Source: a virus
DNA length: 64,000 nucleotides
Strand: one strand, 5' to 3'
Virus record (IMG/VR): IMGVR_UViG_3300040809_000188
Span: 1 to 64,000 of that record
Part shown: positions 47,086 through 55,980 of the stretch, piece after piece
How the letters are laid out: every line of letters begins with the position of its first letter
How positions within the stretch are numbered: position 1 is the stretch's first letter
Translations under genes and position numbers: made by a program
The notes under the pieces: generated by a model
Seen by the model: only the letters and a program-made list of their open reading frames with translations
Told to the model about the DNA's origin: nothing
The model's database searches: none

Positions 47086-47127
47086 ATGTGGCCATACACA
47101 GATGAAGAAAATGACTTTTTGTCATAA
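47086..47127 (+). CDS. 13-aa micropeptide MWPYTDEENDFLS
   Basis: AGGTGAGG RBS; followed by terminator. Confidence 0.45.
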   Translation: MWPYTDEENDFLS

Positions 47128-47133
47128 AAAAAG

Positions 47134-47178
47134 AAAAGAGGTCTTGACACGGGCCTCTTTTTTTGATATAGTGATTCG
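47134..47178 (+). terminator. Terminator fused to early promoter
   Basis: AAAAGAGGTC/GGCCTCTTTT stem with TTGACA 47144 in loop; TATAGT 47167; GTGATTCG 47171. Confidence 0.7.
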
Positions 47179-47181
47179 TAA

Positions 47182-47262
47182 ATCGGAGAGGGCATTAAGG
47201 TTGGTTGGCCCACGGTGAAAGTTCCATGATGATGGTGTGGGATTGAAGTTGTCCTCTCCGAT
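47182..47262 (+). ncRNA. Candidate ~80-nt structured ncRNA
   Basis: 13-bp closing stem ATCGGAGAGGGCA/TGTCCTCTCCGAT; inner CCCAC/GTGGG; immediately after promoter. Confidence 0.55.
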
Positions 47263-47282
47263 ACAATATTTTGGAGAAACCG

Positions 47283-47357
47283 ATGCTTTGGTTTTTATTT
47301 GGTATATTAGCAGGCATTGCTGGATATAACTTCTGGCTTGCTACTTGTATGCTCTAG
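47283..47357 (+). CDS. 24-aa hydrophobic peptide
   Basis: GGAG RBS; MLWFLFGILAGIAGYNFWLATCML. Confidence 0.5.
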   Translation: MLWFLFGILAGIAGYNFWLATCML

Positions 47358-47361
47358 TTAT

Positions 47362-47438
47362 GGCCTCGTAACTCAACTGGATAGAGTAACGGCCTTCTAA
47401 GCCGTAAGTTGCAAGTTCGAGTCTTGCCGAGGTCGCCA
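47362..47438 (+). tRNA. tRNA-Arg(TCT)
   Basis: ACGGC-CTTCTAA-GCCGT, TTCGA, CCA. Confidence 0.95.
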
Positions 47439-47440
47439 AT

Positions 47441-47514
47441 AGAGGTATGGTGTAGTGGAAACACGACAGTCTCCAAAACTGTAAACTGAGGTTCGATTCC
47501 TTGTACCTCTGCCA
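47441..47514 (+). tRNA. tRNA-Trp(CCA)
   Basis: AGAGGTA/TACCTCT, ACAGT-CTCCAAA-ACTGT, CCA. Confidence 0.95.
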
Positions 47515-47534
47515 TTTTTATTAAGGAGTTTAGT

Positions 47535-48158
47535 ATGGCAAATCATGTAACGAGTGGTATTGAAATCGTAGAAGGTAATGATGCGGTGAAAGAGTGGTTT
47601 GCATCTCTTTCAGAAAAACTTACCGTTCCAGCAGATGAGCGTGAAGGCTCTTTTGGTGGGGTGTATCGACCTGTATATGAAATGTTTGATGAATGGCCCG
47701 AATCAGAACATGATATGGACACCTATAGTTGGTTTCATGAAAACATCGGTCCTAAGTGGTGTCATGTATATGATGCTGATAGTGACAGACTTATGTTTGA
47801 ATCTGCTTGGTCCTTTCCAGAAGCATTATTCTTGCGTATTCACCAAGAGGCTTGCAAGATCGATCCTCTAGTAATCATGTCAGCGCATTATGATGATGAG
47901 ATGCCCAACTTCTTTGGTTCATGCGTGTATGCTGACGGTGAACTATACGATGAAGAATATTGGGATGAAAGCAACTATCATCATATCGAAGTAAAGTTCT
48001 GGTGGGATGAAGAAGAGGATGGTCCAGAACCAGATGACTTTGATTCTTCAGAAGCATATGAAAAAATGTGGGAAGTCATTCAAGACGACATTGATGGTAT
48101 GGTTCAGGGTGTAAAGGAATATCGTGCAGAAATGGCAGAAGAAGATGCATCCGATTGA
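47535..48158 (+). CDS. Acidic YubB/DUF1281 ferredoxin-like fold protein
   Basis: W..ENIGPKW, FESAWSFP. Confidence 0.65.
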   Translation: MANHVTSGIEIVEGNDAVKEWFASLSEKLTVPADEREGSFGGVYRPVYEMFDEWPESEHDMDTYSWFHENIGPKWCHVYDADSDRLMFESAWSFPEALFLRIHQEACKIDPLVIMSAHYDDEMPNFFGSCVYADGELYDEEYWDESNYHHIEVKFWWDEEEDGPEPDDFDSSEAYEKMWEVIQDDIDGMVQGVKEYRAEMAEEDASD

Positions 48159-48336
48159 ACTTACAGAAAGACGCATAGATAATGTTATGAAAATGATGAG
48201 CCACTTTGAAGAGGGTTCATGGGGATATAACTATTGGGGTAGTGTACTTGGCTATCTCTTGAGAAAACTAAATGGAGAAGTAAATGAGAGAACTACTGTT
48301 AGATGCAGTGATCAAACACGCTATCGGACACATTGA
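48145..48336 (+). CDS. Hypothetical protein
   Basis: SWGYNYW motif. Confidence 0.6.
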   Translation: MHPIELTERRIDNVMKMMSHFEEGSWGYNYWGSVLGYLLRKLNGEVNERTTVRCSDQTRYRTH

Positions 48337-48490
48337 GAAGCATAAGGTAAACATTGAAGTTTATCTCAATCAGTCTGTTGGTATTGGTGAACACTCTGAT
48401 ATCATCGAAGCAATCGAAGTCGAACTTGAAGAGATTGCAAAATATGAAGATCAGTTGGATGTAGTCCGTAAGCACTTTGGTCGAGGCTAA
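48284..48490 (+). CDS. Conserved small phage protein
   Basis: NIEVYL...VGIGEHSDI. Confidence 0.75.
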   Translation: MRELLLDAVIKHAIGHIEKHKVNIEVYLNQSVGIGEHSDIIEAIEVELEEIAKYEDQLDVVRKHFGRG

Positions 48491-48491
48491 A

Positions 48492-48734
48492 ATGTCATAT
48501 GTAGTCTATGGTCGACAAGACTGTAACTGGTGCTATCGTGCTAAGAAGTTCTTAGAGCAAAAGCAAGAAGATTTCAGGTACATCGATATTGACGATGATG
48601 CTAGAACAAAAGCATTTCTTGTTAGTAAAGGTTTTAAGACAGTGCCTCAGATTTATCTTGACAATGAGCATATTGGTGGTTATACTGAACTAGTTGCATA
48701 TTTTGAAGAGGGCTCTTATGGAGACAACACCTAA
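48492..48734 (+). CDS. nrdC: Glutaredoxin
   Basis: CNWC, TVPQI, IGGYTEL. Confidence 0.93.
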   Translation: MSYVVYGRQDCNWCYRAKKFLEQKQEDFRYIDIDDDARTKAFLVSKGFKTVPQIYLDNEHIGGYTELVAYFEEGSYGDNT

Positions 48735-49404
48735 AAATCAAATGATGATATATCCAATCACGGAAGGTGGATTGGATTTTCTTCATATTAAAAATATACC
48801 TGATAGTTTGCTTGATGATGTCAGAAAAGAATTTGAAGTTGCTAAAAACTTCATGTATTTTGATGATAAAAAAGGTGGCGCCGCTCACAATGATACTGGA
48901 GGGTACAAAAGAACTGGTGGTGCTATACTAGCACACGATATATTTCATCCTCACTTTGTTGAACACACTGCATCAGTACAGTATACAGTAAAGATGAGAA
49001 AAATCATTCTGAGCAATCTATGGCCAGTTCCACCCTTTAGTCACATAAACTATTTTAGATATCCAGAACAAGTTATTATAAACTATGCTGGATATCGTAA
49101 TGGTGAAGAGTATAAAGCGCATTGGGACCTAGGAACTCTAACACTGATTACTTGGCTGAGTGATCACAATGAGTTTAGTGGTGGAGAGATTGTCTTTCCT
49201 GAGTTTGACAACTATACAATAAAACCAGAAAAGAATAGTGCTATTTTGTTTCCATCACACTATCAGCATGAAGTAAGAAAGGTTATAACAGACAGTGACG
49301 AACTTGTTCGTTATACATTTTCAGCTTTTTTTCATACATTAGACCCTAGAGAAGCGGTTAAGCAGAGACCAATTAAAAAGAGACCAACAAATGATGAATG
49401 TTGA
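48718..49404 (+). CDS. 2OG-Fe(II) oxygenase
   Basis: YKAHWD, FSGGE, FPS..QHEV, RY. Confidence 0.85.
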   Translation: METTPKNQMMIYPITEGGLDFLHIKNIPDSLLDDVRKEFEVAKNFMYFDDKKGGAAHNDTGGYKRTGGAILAHDIFHPHFVEHTASVQYTVKMRKIILSNLWPVPPFSHINYFRYPEQVIINYAGYRNGEEYKAHWDLGTLTLITWLSDHNEFSGGEIVFPEFDNYTIKPEKNSAILFPSHYQHEVRKVITDSDELVRYTFSAFFHTLDPREAVKQRPIKKRPTNDEC

Positions 49405-50050
49405 AGGGTGGTTTTCAGCACCAGTGTTTTATGGAATACCTGATAATGTAGATATGTCCAAACTAGAAAGATTTTACAATTTTGCAAAAGAAGAAGACCC
49501 GTACGGCCGAAAGATTAGTAATGTTGGTGGTTGGCAATCTAGGGTCTATGAAAGACATGAAAACGAAGACTTTTTAGAATTTTCTAAAATAGTTGAAAAA
49601 TATGCAGATTATTGTCTACAAGAATACTATGCTGTAAATATAGAAAAATATGGTACATATATGAAAGGCGGATGGTTTTCAACAAATGTAAATACTGATC
49701 ATAATAGTATCCACATTCATGGAAATTGTTTTTTGTCTGGCACGTTTTATGTTAAAGTTCCTGAAAAAATAAGTGGGAATGAAGATTATGATAACCATGA
49801 TGGTTGTATTACATTTCATAGAGACTTTGGAGAAAAGCATTTTATGGAAGCAATAGAAATAGAAAAAAACACTTCATGGAATATCACCACAGTATCATAT
49901 AAACCCAAAAAGGGTCAGTTGATTATTTTTCCATCAATACTTCCTCATAGTGTTATGCCAAGTTTAACAAATGAAGAAAGAATTAGTTTGAGTTTTAATT
50001 TAGTAGTGGGGATTCGAGATACTAGGAGTGAACAATATGAATCTTACTGA
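49391..50050 (+). CDS. Putative 2OG-Fe(II) oxygenase (TIGR02466-like)
   Basis: SNVGGWQS, HIH, SGTFY, FPSILPHSV, RISLSFN. Confidence 0.85.
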   Translation: MMNVEGWFSAPVFYGIPDNVDMSKLERFYNFAKEEDPYGRKISNVGGWQSRVYERHENEDFLEFSKIVEKYADYCLQEYYAVNIEKYGTYMKGGWFSTNVNTDHNSIHIHGNCFLSGTFYVKVPEKISGNEDYDNHDGCITFHRDFGEKHFMEAIEIEKNTSWNITTVSYKPKKGQLIIFPSILPHSVMPSLTNEERISLSFNLVVGIRDTRSEQYESY

Positions 50051-50348
50051 AAAAGAAAATGCAAAAGCAGAAGAGTTTGAAGAGCAAATCAGACAGAAGC
50101 AGACTATTATGTCTGGACTTCATGCTGGTGTAGTGAAGGTTGAGTTTATAAAGAAAGATGGCACAAGTCGCACAATGGTTTGTACTCTAAATAAACAATA
50201 TCTACCAGAACAGACAGATATTGAAGAGACAACTAAAACAAAGTCTTCAGAAGCGGTTGCTGTTTGGGATTTAGAGAAAGATGCATGGCGTTCCTTTAGA
50301 TGGGACTCTGTGAAGTCATACACCACTGGAGTTAGTTATGAAACTTAA
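50037..50348 (+). CDS. WYL-like SH3-fold protein
   Basis: FIKKDGTSRTMVCTL, VWDLEKDAWRSFR. Confidence 0.8.
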   Translation: MNLTEKENAKAEEFEEQIRQKQTIMSGLHAGVVKVEFIKKDGTSRTMVCTLNKQYLPEQTDIEETTKTKSSEAVAVWDLEKDAWRSFRWDSVKSYTTGVSYET

Positions 50349-51321
50349 CATTGTTGACAATAGAGAAGATAAGGATGAGTTCTCCATGGGTCCATCACTA
50401 GATGGAACCTACACCGAAGCAAAAGGTGGAACAGAACTGATGAACAAAGCACTGTACGAGCGAGTTGACAATGACTTGCTTGATCAGTTCTACATCATCA
50501 AATCAAGAGTTCGTTGGACTGATCCTAAGAAAAAAAATATCCTATGGCTACATGATACTTGGGATGATCCTGAGTCTCAACATCTGAAAGATGAAGAAAA
50601 GCGAAAGCGTTTTGCTAAACTTGTGTTTGTGTCAAACTATCAGTTGCAAACATACAATCTAGCACTTGGTGTACCATATGCTGAATCGTTTGTCTTGCGT
50701 AATGCGATTGATCCTATTCCATATAAAGATAAGCCAAAGGATCAGATTCGTCTGATTTATCATACGACACCGCATCGTGGACTTAACATTGCATACGCCG
50801 CTATTGAAGAACTTGCTAAGATACATGGTGATAAGATTCACTTTGATGTGTTCTCATCATTCCAAGCATATGGTTGGGAAGATGCGGATAAGCCATACTT
50901 AGAGTTGTTTGATAACATTCGTAATCATCCACAGATGACGTATCATGGTTTCCAAGAGAACTCTGTGGTTCGTGAAGCACTACAGCAAGCACACATCTAT
51001 GCTTATCCTAACATCTGGCCTGAGACTTCTTGTATCAGTGTTATCGAAGCAATGTCTGCTGGCTGTCAGATTGTGTGTCCAAACTTTGCGGCGCTACCAG
51101 AAACCACAGGTCACTTTGCAACGATGTATCAGTTCTCTGAAGATATGGGTTTCCATGCTAATGTCTTTGCGAACATGCTACACGCCGCTATCGAAAATCA
51201 CAACACAGAAGATATGCAGAGAAAGATGATGTTCCAAAAGAACTGGACTGATAACTTCTATAACTGGGATTTGCGAGCCGCTGAGTGGACAGGGTTCTTG
51301 CAGGGATTGTTGAAATCATGA
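50338..51321 (+). CDS. GT-B (GT4-like) glycosyltransferase
   Basis: GGTE, TPHRGL, ETSCISVIEAMSAG. Confidence 0.85.
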   Translation: MKLNIVDNREDKDEFSMGPSLDGTYTEAKGGTELMNKALYERVDNDLLDQFYIIKSRVRWTDPKKKNILWLHDTWDDPESQHLKDEEKRKRFAKLVFVSNYQLQTYNLALGVPYAESFVLRNAIDPIPYKDKPKDQIRLIYHTTPHRGLNIAYAAIEELAKIHGDKIHFDVFSSFQAYGWEDADKPYLELFDNIRNHPQMTYHGFQENSVVREALQQAHIYAYPNIWPETSCISVIEAMSAGCQIVCPNFAALPETTGHFATMYQFSEDMGFHANVFANMLHAAIENHNTEDMQRKMMFQKNWTDNFYNWDLRAAEWTGFLQGLLKS

Positions 51322-51857
51322 TCTATGATATCATAGATGATTTACTTCCAAAGGAGTTCAATGCCATCTGTGAAAACAAGTTGATGAACTCACACAGATG
51401 GCATTTTCCTCCAAACGAGATGGGAGATGATAATCCTCATGGTTGGGAAAATAATGGGTTGGTTATCAGATCATATCCATCACAAGATGATAATCTCTTT
51501 GAGATAAATGTTCTAGGTTCTGTCATACTAGAGACATGTATCGCAAAACACGCCGGCACATTTTCTAATATATGTCTAGAAAGACTTGTATGGAATAGAT
51601 ATGATAGAAAATCGGGTTGTTCATTTCATCAAGATTCTGGATCAGGAATCCAAAGCACTGACGTACTTATGAGCATGATATACAATCTAAATGACAATGA
51701 TGGTCATAATATAATAGGTGAAGAAAAAATTCCTAGCAAAAATGGAAGATGTATTCTGTTTCAAAGCACAGACTGGCACAATGCAATGCCGCCGGTTGAG
51801 TATCCAACTAGACTTACATTAAACGCAGTATTCAGTTATTCTCATTATATCAAATAG
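51318..51857 (+). CDS. 2OG-Fe(II) oxygenase-like protein
   Basis: FHQD, WHNA, RLTLN. Confidence 0.7.
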   Translation: MIYDIIDDLLPKEFNAICENKLMNSHRWHFPPNEMGDDNPHGWENNGLVIRSYPSQDDNLFEINVLGSVILETCIAKHAGTFSNICLERLVWNRYDRKSGCSFHQDSGSGIQSTDVLMSMIYNLNDNDGHNIIGEEKIPSKNGRCILFQSTDWHNAMPPVEYPTRLTLNAVFSYSHYIK

Positions 51858-51865
51858 GAGTAGAT

Positions 51866-52060
51866 ATGTATCCAGGCCACGACATGCGTGAAGGACACGA
51901 AGATTATATGAAACGCCGAATCAAAGAGATGGAAAAGACTACGATTCGGCGTTTAGCGACTTCTGACACACCAAACAGAAGTCCAGAAGCAGATTCTATC
52001 ACGCAAATACTTGAAAGGATTGAGAAAAAAATCGACAAATTAATTGAAAAAGGGGGTTGA
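51866..52060 (+). CDS. Hypothetical protein
   Basis: AGGAG RBS. Confidence 0.6.
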   Translation: MYPGHDMREGHEDYMKRRIKEMEKTTIRRLATSDTPNRSPEADSITQILERIEKKIDKLIEKGG

Positions 52061-52114
52061 CATCAATCCCTTTTCTGCTATGATGTAACAGTAACAAAGA
52101 GAGGTGATTCGCAA
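52047..52114 (+). promoter_or_regulatory. Terminator-embedded early promoter with conserved leader
   Basis: Hairpin AAAAGGGGGTTGA/TCAATCCCTTTT; TTGACA 52057, TATGAT 52079, AGAGAGGTGATTCGCAATG. Confidence 0.8.
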
Positions 52115-52194
52115 TGTTGACTGCTTTGAAAATAATGATTGGTACTGTCGGTTTTACGATGGTTGTCGCACTTCCTATTTTGCTTGTTTGGTAA
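52114..52194 (+). CDS. 26-aa hydrophobic early peptide
   Basis: MLTALKIMIGTVGFTMVVALPILLVW; strong RBS. Confidence 0.6.
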   Translation: MLTALKIMIGTVGFTMVVALPILLVW

Positions 52195-52204
52195 GGAGTA
52201 AGAG

Positions 52205-52354
52205 ATGAAAAAGTTTGTTATTACAGCCCATATGAAAAATGGTGATGCTTGGGAAACTACACGCCATACCAAAGAAGGTTTGGACAGTGTTATTTCAGAC
52301 ATTCTTAAAGATGATGCTGTAGCACGTTTTACGGTTGAGGAAAAAAATGCTTAG
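52205..52354 (+). CDS. 49-aa early protein
   Basis: AAGGAG RBS. Confidence 0.6.
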   Translation: MKKFVITAHMKNGDAWETTRHTKEGLDSVISDILKDDAVARFTVEEKNA

Positions 52355-52601
52355 AGATAATCTAACGCCTGCTGAAATGCTTGAAAAAGAGTTCATGGAT
52401 TGGATTTGGTCGCAAGAGACAATCAAAGGTAAAAAGGTTGTGAATCGTCATCTTGGTTTTGGTTCTTGGCCAGACATAAAACTCACACTGGAGGGTGGTT
52501 CTTTTGTGAGTGCTAAGAAACTCTTCAATGAAATTCTGGAAGAGATGGCTGGAGAAAATGAAGCAACGAGGATTATGGAAAATGGACAAAAACCGTTTTA
52601 A
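52347..52601 (+). CDS. Hypothetical protein
   Basis: GAGG RBS. Confidence 0.6.
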   Translation: MLRDNLTPAEMLEKEFMDWIWSQETIKGKKVVNRHLGFGSWPDIKLTLEGGSFVSAKKLFNEILEEMAGENEATRIMENGQKPF

Positions 52602-52854
52602 CTGGAGAGCAATCTGCATTGGTGACTTTGTTCGCTTGAGGGGTAAAACTCGTCATGGTAAGAATCGTATCAATCAACATGGCGATGTATGGGAAGTTGT
52701 CGATGAACAACTGACAAAGATTCTCTTGCAGTCTCTTCAGAACACGTTCAAAGACACACCCAATCGTGTCGCAGAAAAAGACTGGAGATGGATTTCTTCA
52801 GTTGATGACAAAAACTTTGAAATCGTTGAGCATCTTAAAGGAGAAGCCGCATGA
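52582..52854 (+). CDS. Hypothetical protein
   Basis: GKTRHGKNRINQHG motif. Confidence 0.65.
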   Translation: MDKNRFNWRAICIGDFVRLRGKTRHGKNRINQHGDVWEVVDEQLTKILLQSLQNTFKDTPNRVAEKDWRWISSVDDKNFEIVEHLKGEAA

Positions 52855-53309
52855 ATAAAAAGGCTATCAAAAAGCAACTCATGAAAGAACTTGCACCAAA
52901 GCGCACTAAAGTAAAGCGCAGACGCAAGCCTATGACTGAGGAGCAGAAGAAAGCGGCGGCTGAACGCCTTGCTAAGGCTCGTGAGAAGCGTCAGAAGACA
53001 AATCCACCGAAGTATGCAAACATTCATCCTAGTGTGCTTGCAAAAGATGATGAGGATACGTTCTCACGAAAGAATGTGACTGCTTGGATCAAACATCAGA
53101 AAGAACTGCTGTCAGAGTATCGAAGACAGGAACGAATGAAGATGAAGGGTGCGCCTATGAAGGTTGCTGATTGTGTTGCATACATTCGACACTGTGAGTG
53201 GTATCTCAAGAATGGTGATTGGATCGATGGTTACTATGGTAAAGATGCGGATAAGAAAATCAAAATGCGAACTGTTGTGCCATCTGAAACAACTAAATAC
53301 TCTGAGTAG
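52851..53309 (+). CDS. Basic conserved T4-like protein
   Basis: AAERLAKARE...YLKNGDW. Confidence 0.75.
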   Translation: MNKKAIKKQLMKELAPKRTKVKRRRKPMTEEQKKAAAERLAKAREKRQKTNPPKYANIHPSVLAKDDEDTFSRKNVTAWIKHQKELLSEYRRQERMKMKGAPMKVADCVAYIRHCEWYLKNGDWIDGYYGKDADKKIKMRTVVPSETTKYSE

Positions 53310-53322
53310 TAAGGAGTTTTGA

Positions 53323-53682
53323 ATGAATGTAATCAAGTTTCCTAAGACTAATCCTCGTATATCCGCCGAAGCATCTCTGAGTGAAGTGCAAGAGAAAATC
53401 GAAAAGGCAAAGCAGAAGTATGTCAATGCTCTTGTCGATCATCACTCAAGTCAACTATTAGCAAACATCATGCTGTCTGGTATTGAAGTCGAAACAGATG
53501 ACTTTATGAAGGACTTTGCTTTCACTGTCGAAACACTTAGATCATCGATGTATCGAAGCATGGGTATTGAACATCCACTACAAGAACAAATCGATGAAGC
53601 GGTGTCTTTAGTAGAGAAAGAAGAAGACGAAGACTTCAGCGATGAGGCTCTTATGCAGTGGGATGACGATGACGATGAGTAA
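53323..53682 (+). CDS. Conserved hypothetical protein
   Basis: NVIKFP...HPLQ. Confidence 0.7.
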   Translation: MNVIKFPKTNPRISAEASLSEVQEKIEKAKQKYVNALVDHHSSQLLANIMLSGIEVETDDFMKDFAFTVETLRSSMYRSMGIEHPLQEQIDEAVSLVEKEEDEDFSDEALMQWDDDDDE

Positions 53683-53899
53683 CACTTACACTCAACGTCA
53701 ATGGGATAGAGAAGTGGGGTATGGTGTGGTGCCTAAGGAGTATAGAATGTCAAGTGAGGATTTATTGATTGAACGTATTTTGACAAATGAGTTGTTGCGA
53801 ATGGAATCATTACAGAAAGGTCTGTATACTGATCAGGATGTGGTTGTTCGCAACTGGATGGAAAAACGCATAAAAGACTTGACAAAAGGTTCAGAATAG
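53675..53899 (+). CDS. Hypothetical protein
   Basis: YTQRQWDR motif. Confidence 0.55.
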   Translation: MSNTYTQRQWDREVGYGVVPKEYRMSSEDLLIERILTNELLRMESLQKGLYTDQDVVVRNWMEKRIKDLTKGSE

Positions 53900-53938
53900 T
53901 TTATATATAATATAGGATGAAAAACGTGAGTAAGGATT

Positions 53939-54805
53939 ATGATACTCTTGGACTTGAATCAGGTGATGATTTCAAACCTGATGATGCAGATTGGAAACAA
54001 TCGTAATAATGAAATCGATGAAGACCTTGTACGACACATGGTGCTAAACAGCATCAGATTGTACAAAGGCAAGTTTGGTAAGAAGTTTGGTGAACTCGTC
54101 ATCTGTTGTGACGACAAGAACTACTGGCGCAAACAAATATTTCCCTATTATAAAGCACACAGAAAAAGTGACAGAGAGAAGTCACCATTAGATTGGAACA
54201 AAATCTTTACAGTTCTGAACACCATTCGTGATGAACTGAAAGAGTCTTTTCCATGGCGTGTACTACAAGTAGAAACCGCAGAGGCCGATGATATCATTGG
54301 TACTCTGTGTCATCGTTTTGGTAAAATACTCAAGGCAGATGATGATGAACCTATTTTAATTTTGTCTGGTGACAAAGACTTTGGACAGTTACAGAAATAC
54401 TCAAATGTCGAACAGTTCTCACCGATAACAAAGAAGTGGATTCGGATTAACAATCCAGAAGCATTCTTGCGTGAACATATTATGAAAGGTGATAGAGGAG
54501 ATGGTATTCCTAACTTTCTGTCTGGTGACAACTGTATTGTCGTTGGTCAGCGTCAGAAGCCACTTATGTCGAAGAAACTCGACACTTGGATTAGTCTTGA
54601 TCCAGTAGACTTTTGTAATGAAGTTATGCTAAGAAACTACAAGCGTAACGAGGCTCTAGTAAATCTTGATATGATTCCTGATGAGATTCAATCACAGATA
54701 AATAATCAGTACGATGAATATCAGATACCTGATAGAAAAGGTCTACTGAACTATTTTATCAAAAAGCGATTGAAAAACCTTATGGAACATATTGGAGAGT
54801 TTTAA
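53939..54805 (+). CDS. rnh: T4 RNase H / 5'-3' exonuclease
   Basis: YWRK..FPYYK, EADD, SGDKDF, GDRGDGIPN. Confidence 0.95.
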   Translation: MILLDLNQVMISNLMMQIGNNRNNEIDEDLVRHMVLNSIRLYKGKFGKKFGELVICCDDKNYWRKQIFPYYKAHRKSDREKSPLDWNKIFTVLNTIRDELKESFPWRVLQVETAEADDIIGTLCHRFGKILKADDDEPILILSGDKDFGQLQKYSNVEQFSPITKKWIRINNPEAFLREHIMKGDRGDGIPNFLSGDNCIVVGQRQKPLMSKKLDTWISLDPVDFCNEVMLRNYKRNEALVNLDMIPDEIQSQINNQYDEYQIPDRKGLLNYFIKKRLKNLMEHIGEF

Positions 54806-55236
54806 TGAGACAGACCTTCTACGAGATTTTTACAGAAGTAGAGAAATGTAAAACCAAGAAAGAAAAGATTGCTAAGTTGCGTGAACATAGTGGCGCACCA
54901 ATGAAGCAAGTTCTTGGTTGGACTTACGATCCAAACGTAAAGTGGTTACTACCAGAAGGTGATCCGCCTTACAAGCCTCTTGCAACAGGTATTGAAGCAG
55001 AAGGCAGACTTGTATCAGAGTTGAGAAGATTATATTTGTTTATCGATGGTTCTACAGATACACAAAAGAATTTAAAACAGGTTCGCAGGGAACAACTATT
55101 CATTGAGTTGTTGGAATCTGTTGATCCAGGCGATGCTAAAGTACTACTTGGTATGAAAGATGGTAAGTTGCCGTTCAAGGGTATTACCAAGAAACTAGTA
55201 GCAGAAGCATTTCCTAATCTTGCTAAGAACTGGTGA
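54805..55236 (+). CDS. Conserved T4-like protein downstream of rnh
   Basis: LPEGDPPY, RREQLFIELLE. Confidence 0.8.
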   Translation: MRQTFYEIFTEVEKCKTKKEKIAKLREHSGAPMKQVLGWTYDPNVKWLLPEGDPPYKPLATGIEAEGRLVSELRRLYLFIDGSTDTQKNLKQVRREQLFIELLESVDPGDAKVLLGMKDGKLPFKGITKKLVAEAFPNLAKNW

Positions 55237-55256
55237 AAGGACGATAGGTCGCTACT

Positions 55257-55433
55257 ATGGCTAAAAGTAAAAGGTCTTCCCAAACAGAAGACGAAAGAGA
55301 TTTCAAGCGGATTAAAGAACAGCGTAAGCCGATTAAAAACTTTAAGACGCACTTGAACGATCTAGCACAAGCATACTTAGATGATGAAGAGTTTGATGAT
55401 GAAAACAGCATTTATCATAGGGAACGGCGTTAG
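55257..55433 (+). CDS. 58-aa charged protein
   Basis: Manually translated ORF filling the gap. Confidence 0.55.
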   Translation: MAKSKRSSQTEDERDFKRIKEQRKPIKNFKTHLNDLAQAYLDDEEFDDENSIYHRERR

Positions 55434-55980
55434 TCGAAAACCTATTGACTTAAACACTCTTGTTGGTAAAGGAACCATTTTTGGTTGCAATGCTCTTTAC
55501 CGTGAGTTCAACAAATACGACTATCTGGTCTCAATCGATAAATCTTTTCAAACTATCATTGAAGCCAATGATGAAGTGTTTGGTACAGATGATCGAATCA
55601 TCTTTCCACCAGACAATGAGTGTTGGGAAGATGCTGAGTACAGTCCGAATCGAAGACGCAGTAATGCTGGTATGAATGCAATGCTTGAAGCGATTCGCAG
55701 AGGCCATGATAAACTGTACTGCTTGGGTTTTGATTTTTTATTGAAAGACAATGAGTTATCTGAAGATAATCTGTTTAAGAATCAGGCAGGATATGGACCC
55801 GAAACTCATGCGAATCACCAAGATAATGTTCATCGAATCGCATATTTAGAGTGGTTTATGCGTAAACACCACAAAACAAAGTTTACTTTTGTTCTACCAG
55901 ATAATGAACAATTTCAAACACTTACTGCCCCAAATGTGACAGGCATATTTATTTCAAAATTTATTGAAAAAAAGTGTTGA
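55396..55980 (+). CDS. DUF115/MptE-like Rossmann-fold protein (GT-like)
   Basis: AFIIGNGVSR, GCNALYR, LGFDF. Confidence 0.7.
   Translation: MMKTAFIIGNGVSRKPIDLNTLVGKGTIFGCNALYREFNKYDYLVSIDKSFQTIIEANDEVFGTDDRIIFPPDNECWEDAEYSPNRRRSNAGMNAMLEAIRRGHDKLYCLGFDFLLKDNELSEDNLFKNQAGYGPETHANHQDNVHRIAYLEWFMRKHHKTKFTFVLPDNEQFQTLTAPNVTGIFISKFIEKKC

Noticed and set aside
47185-47260. tRNA-Ser or hammerhead ribozyme call
   Set aside because: No TTC T-loop, anticodon stem or CCA; hammerhead CUGAUGA core is absent (AUGAUGA).
24314-47514. Stop-codon recoding or suppressor tRNAs
   Set aside because: All six anticodons are sense, and core genes end normally at TAA/TAG/TGA.
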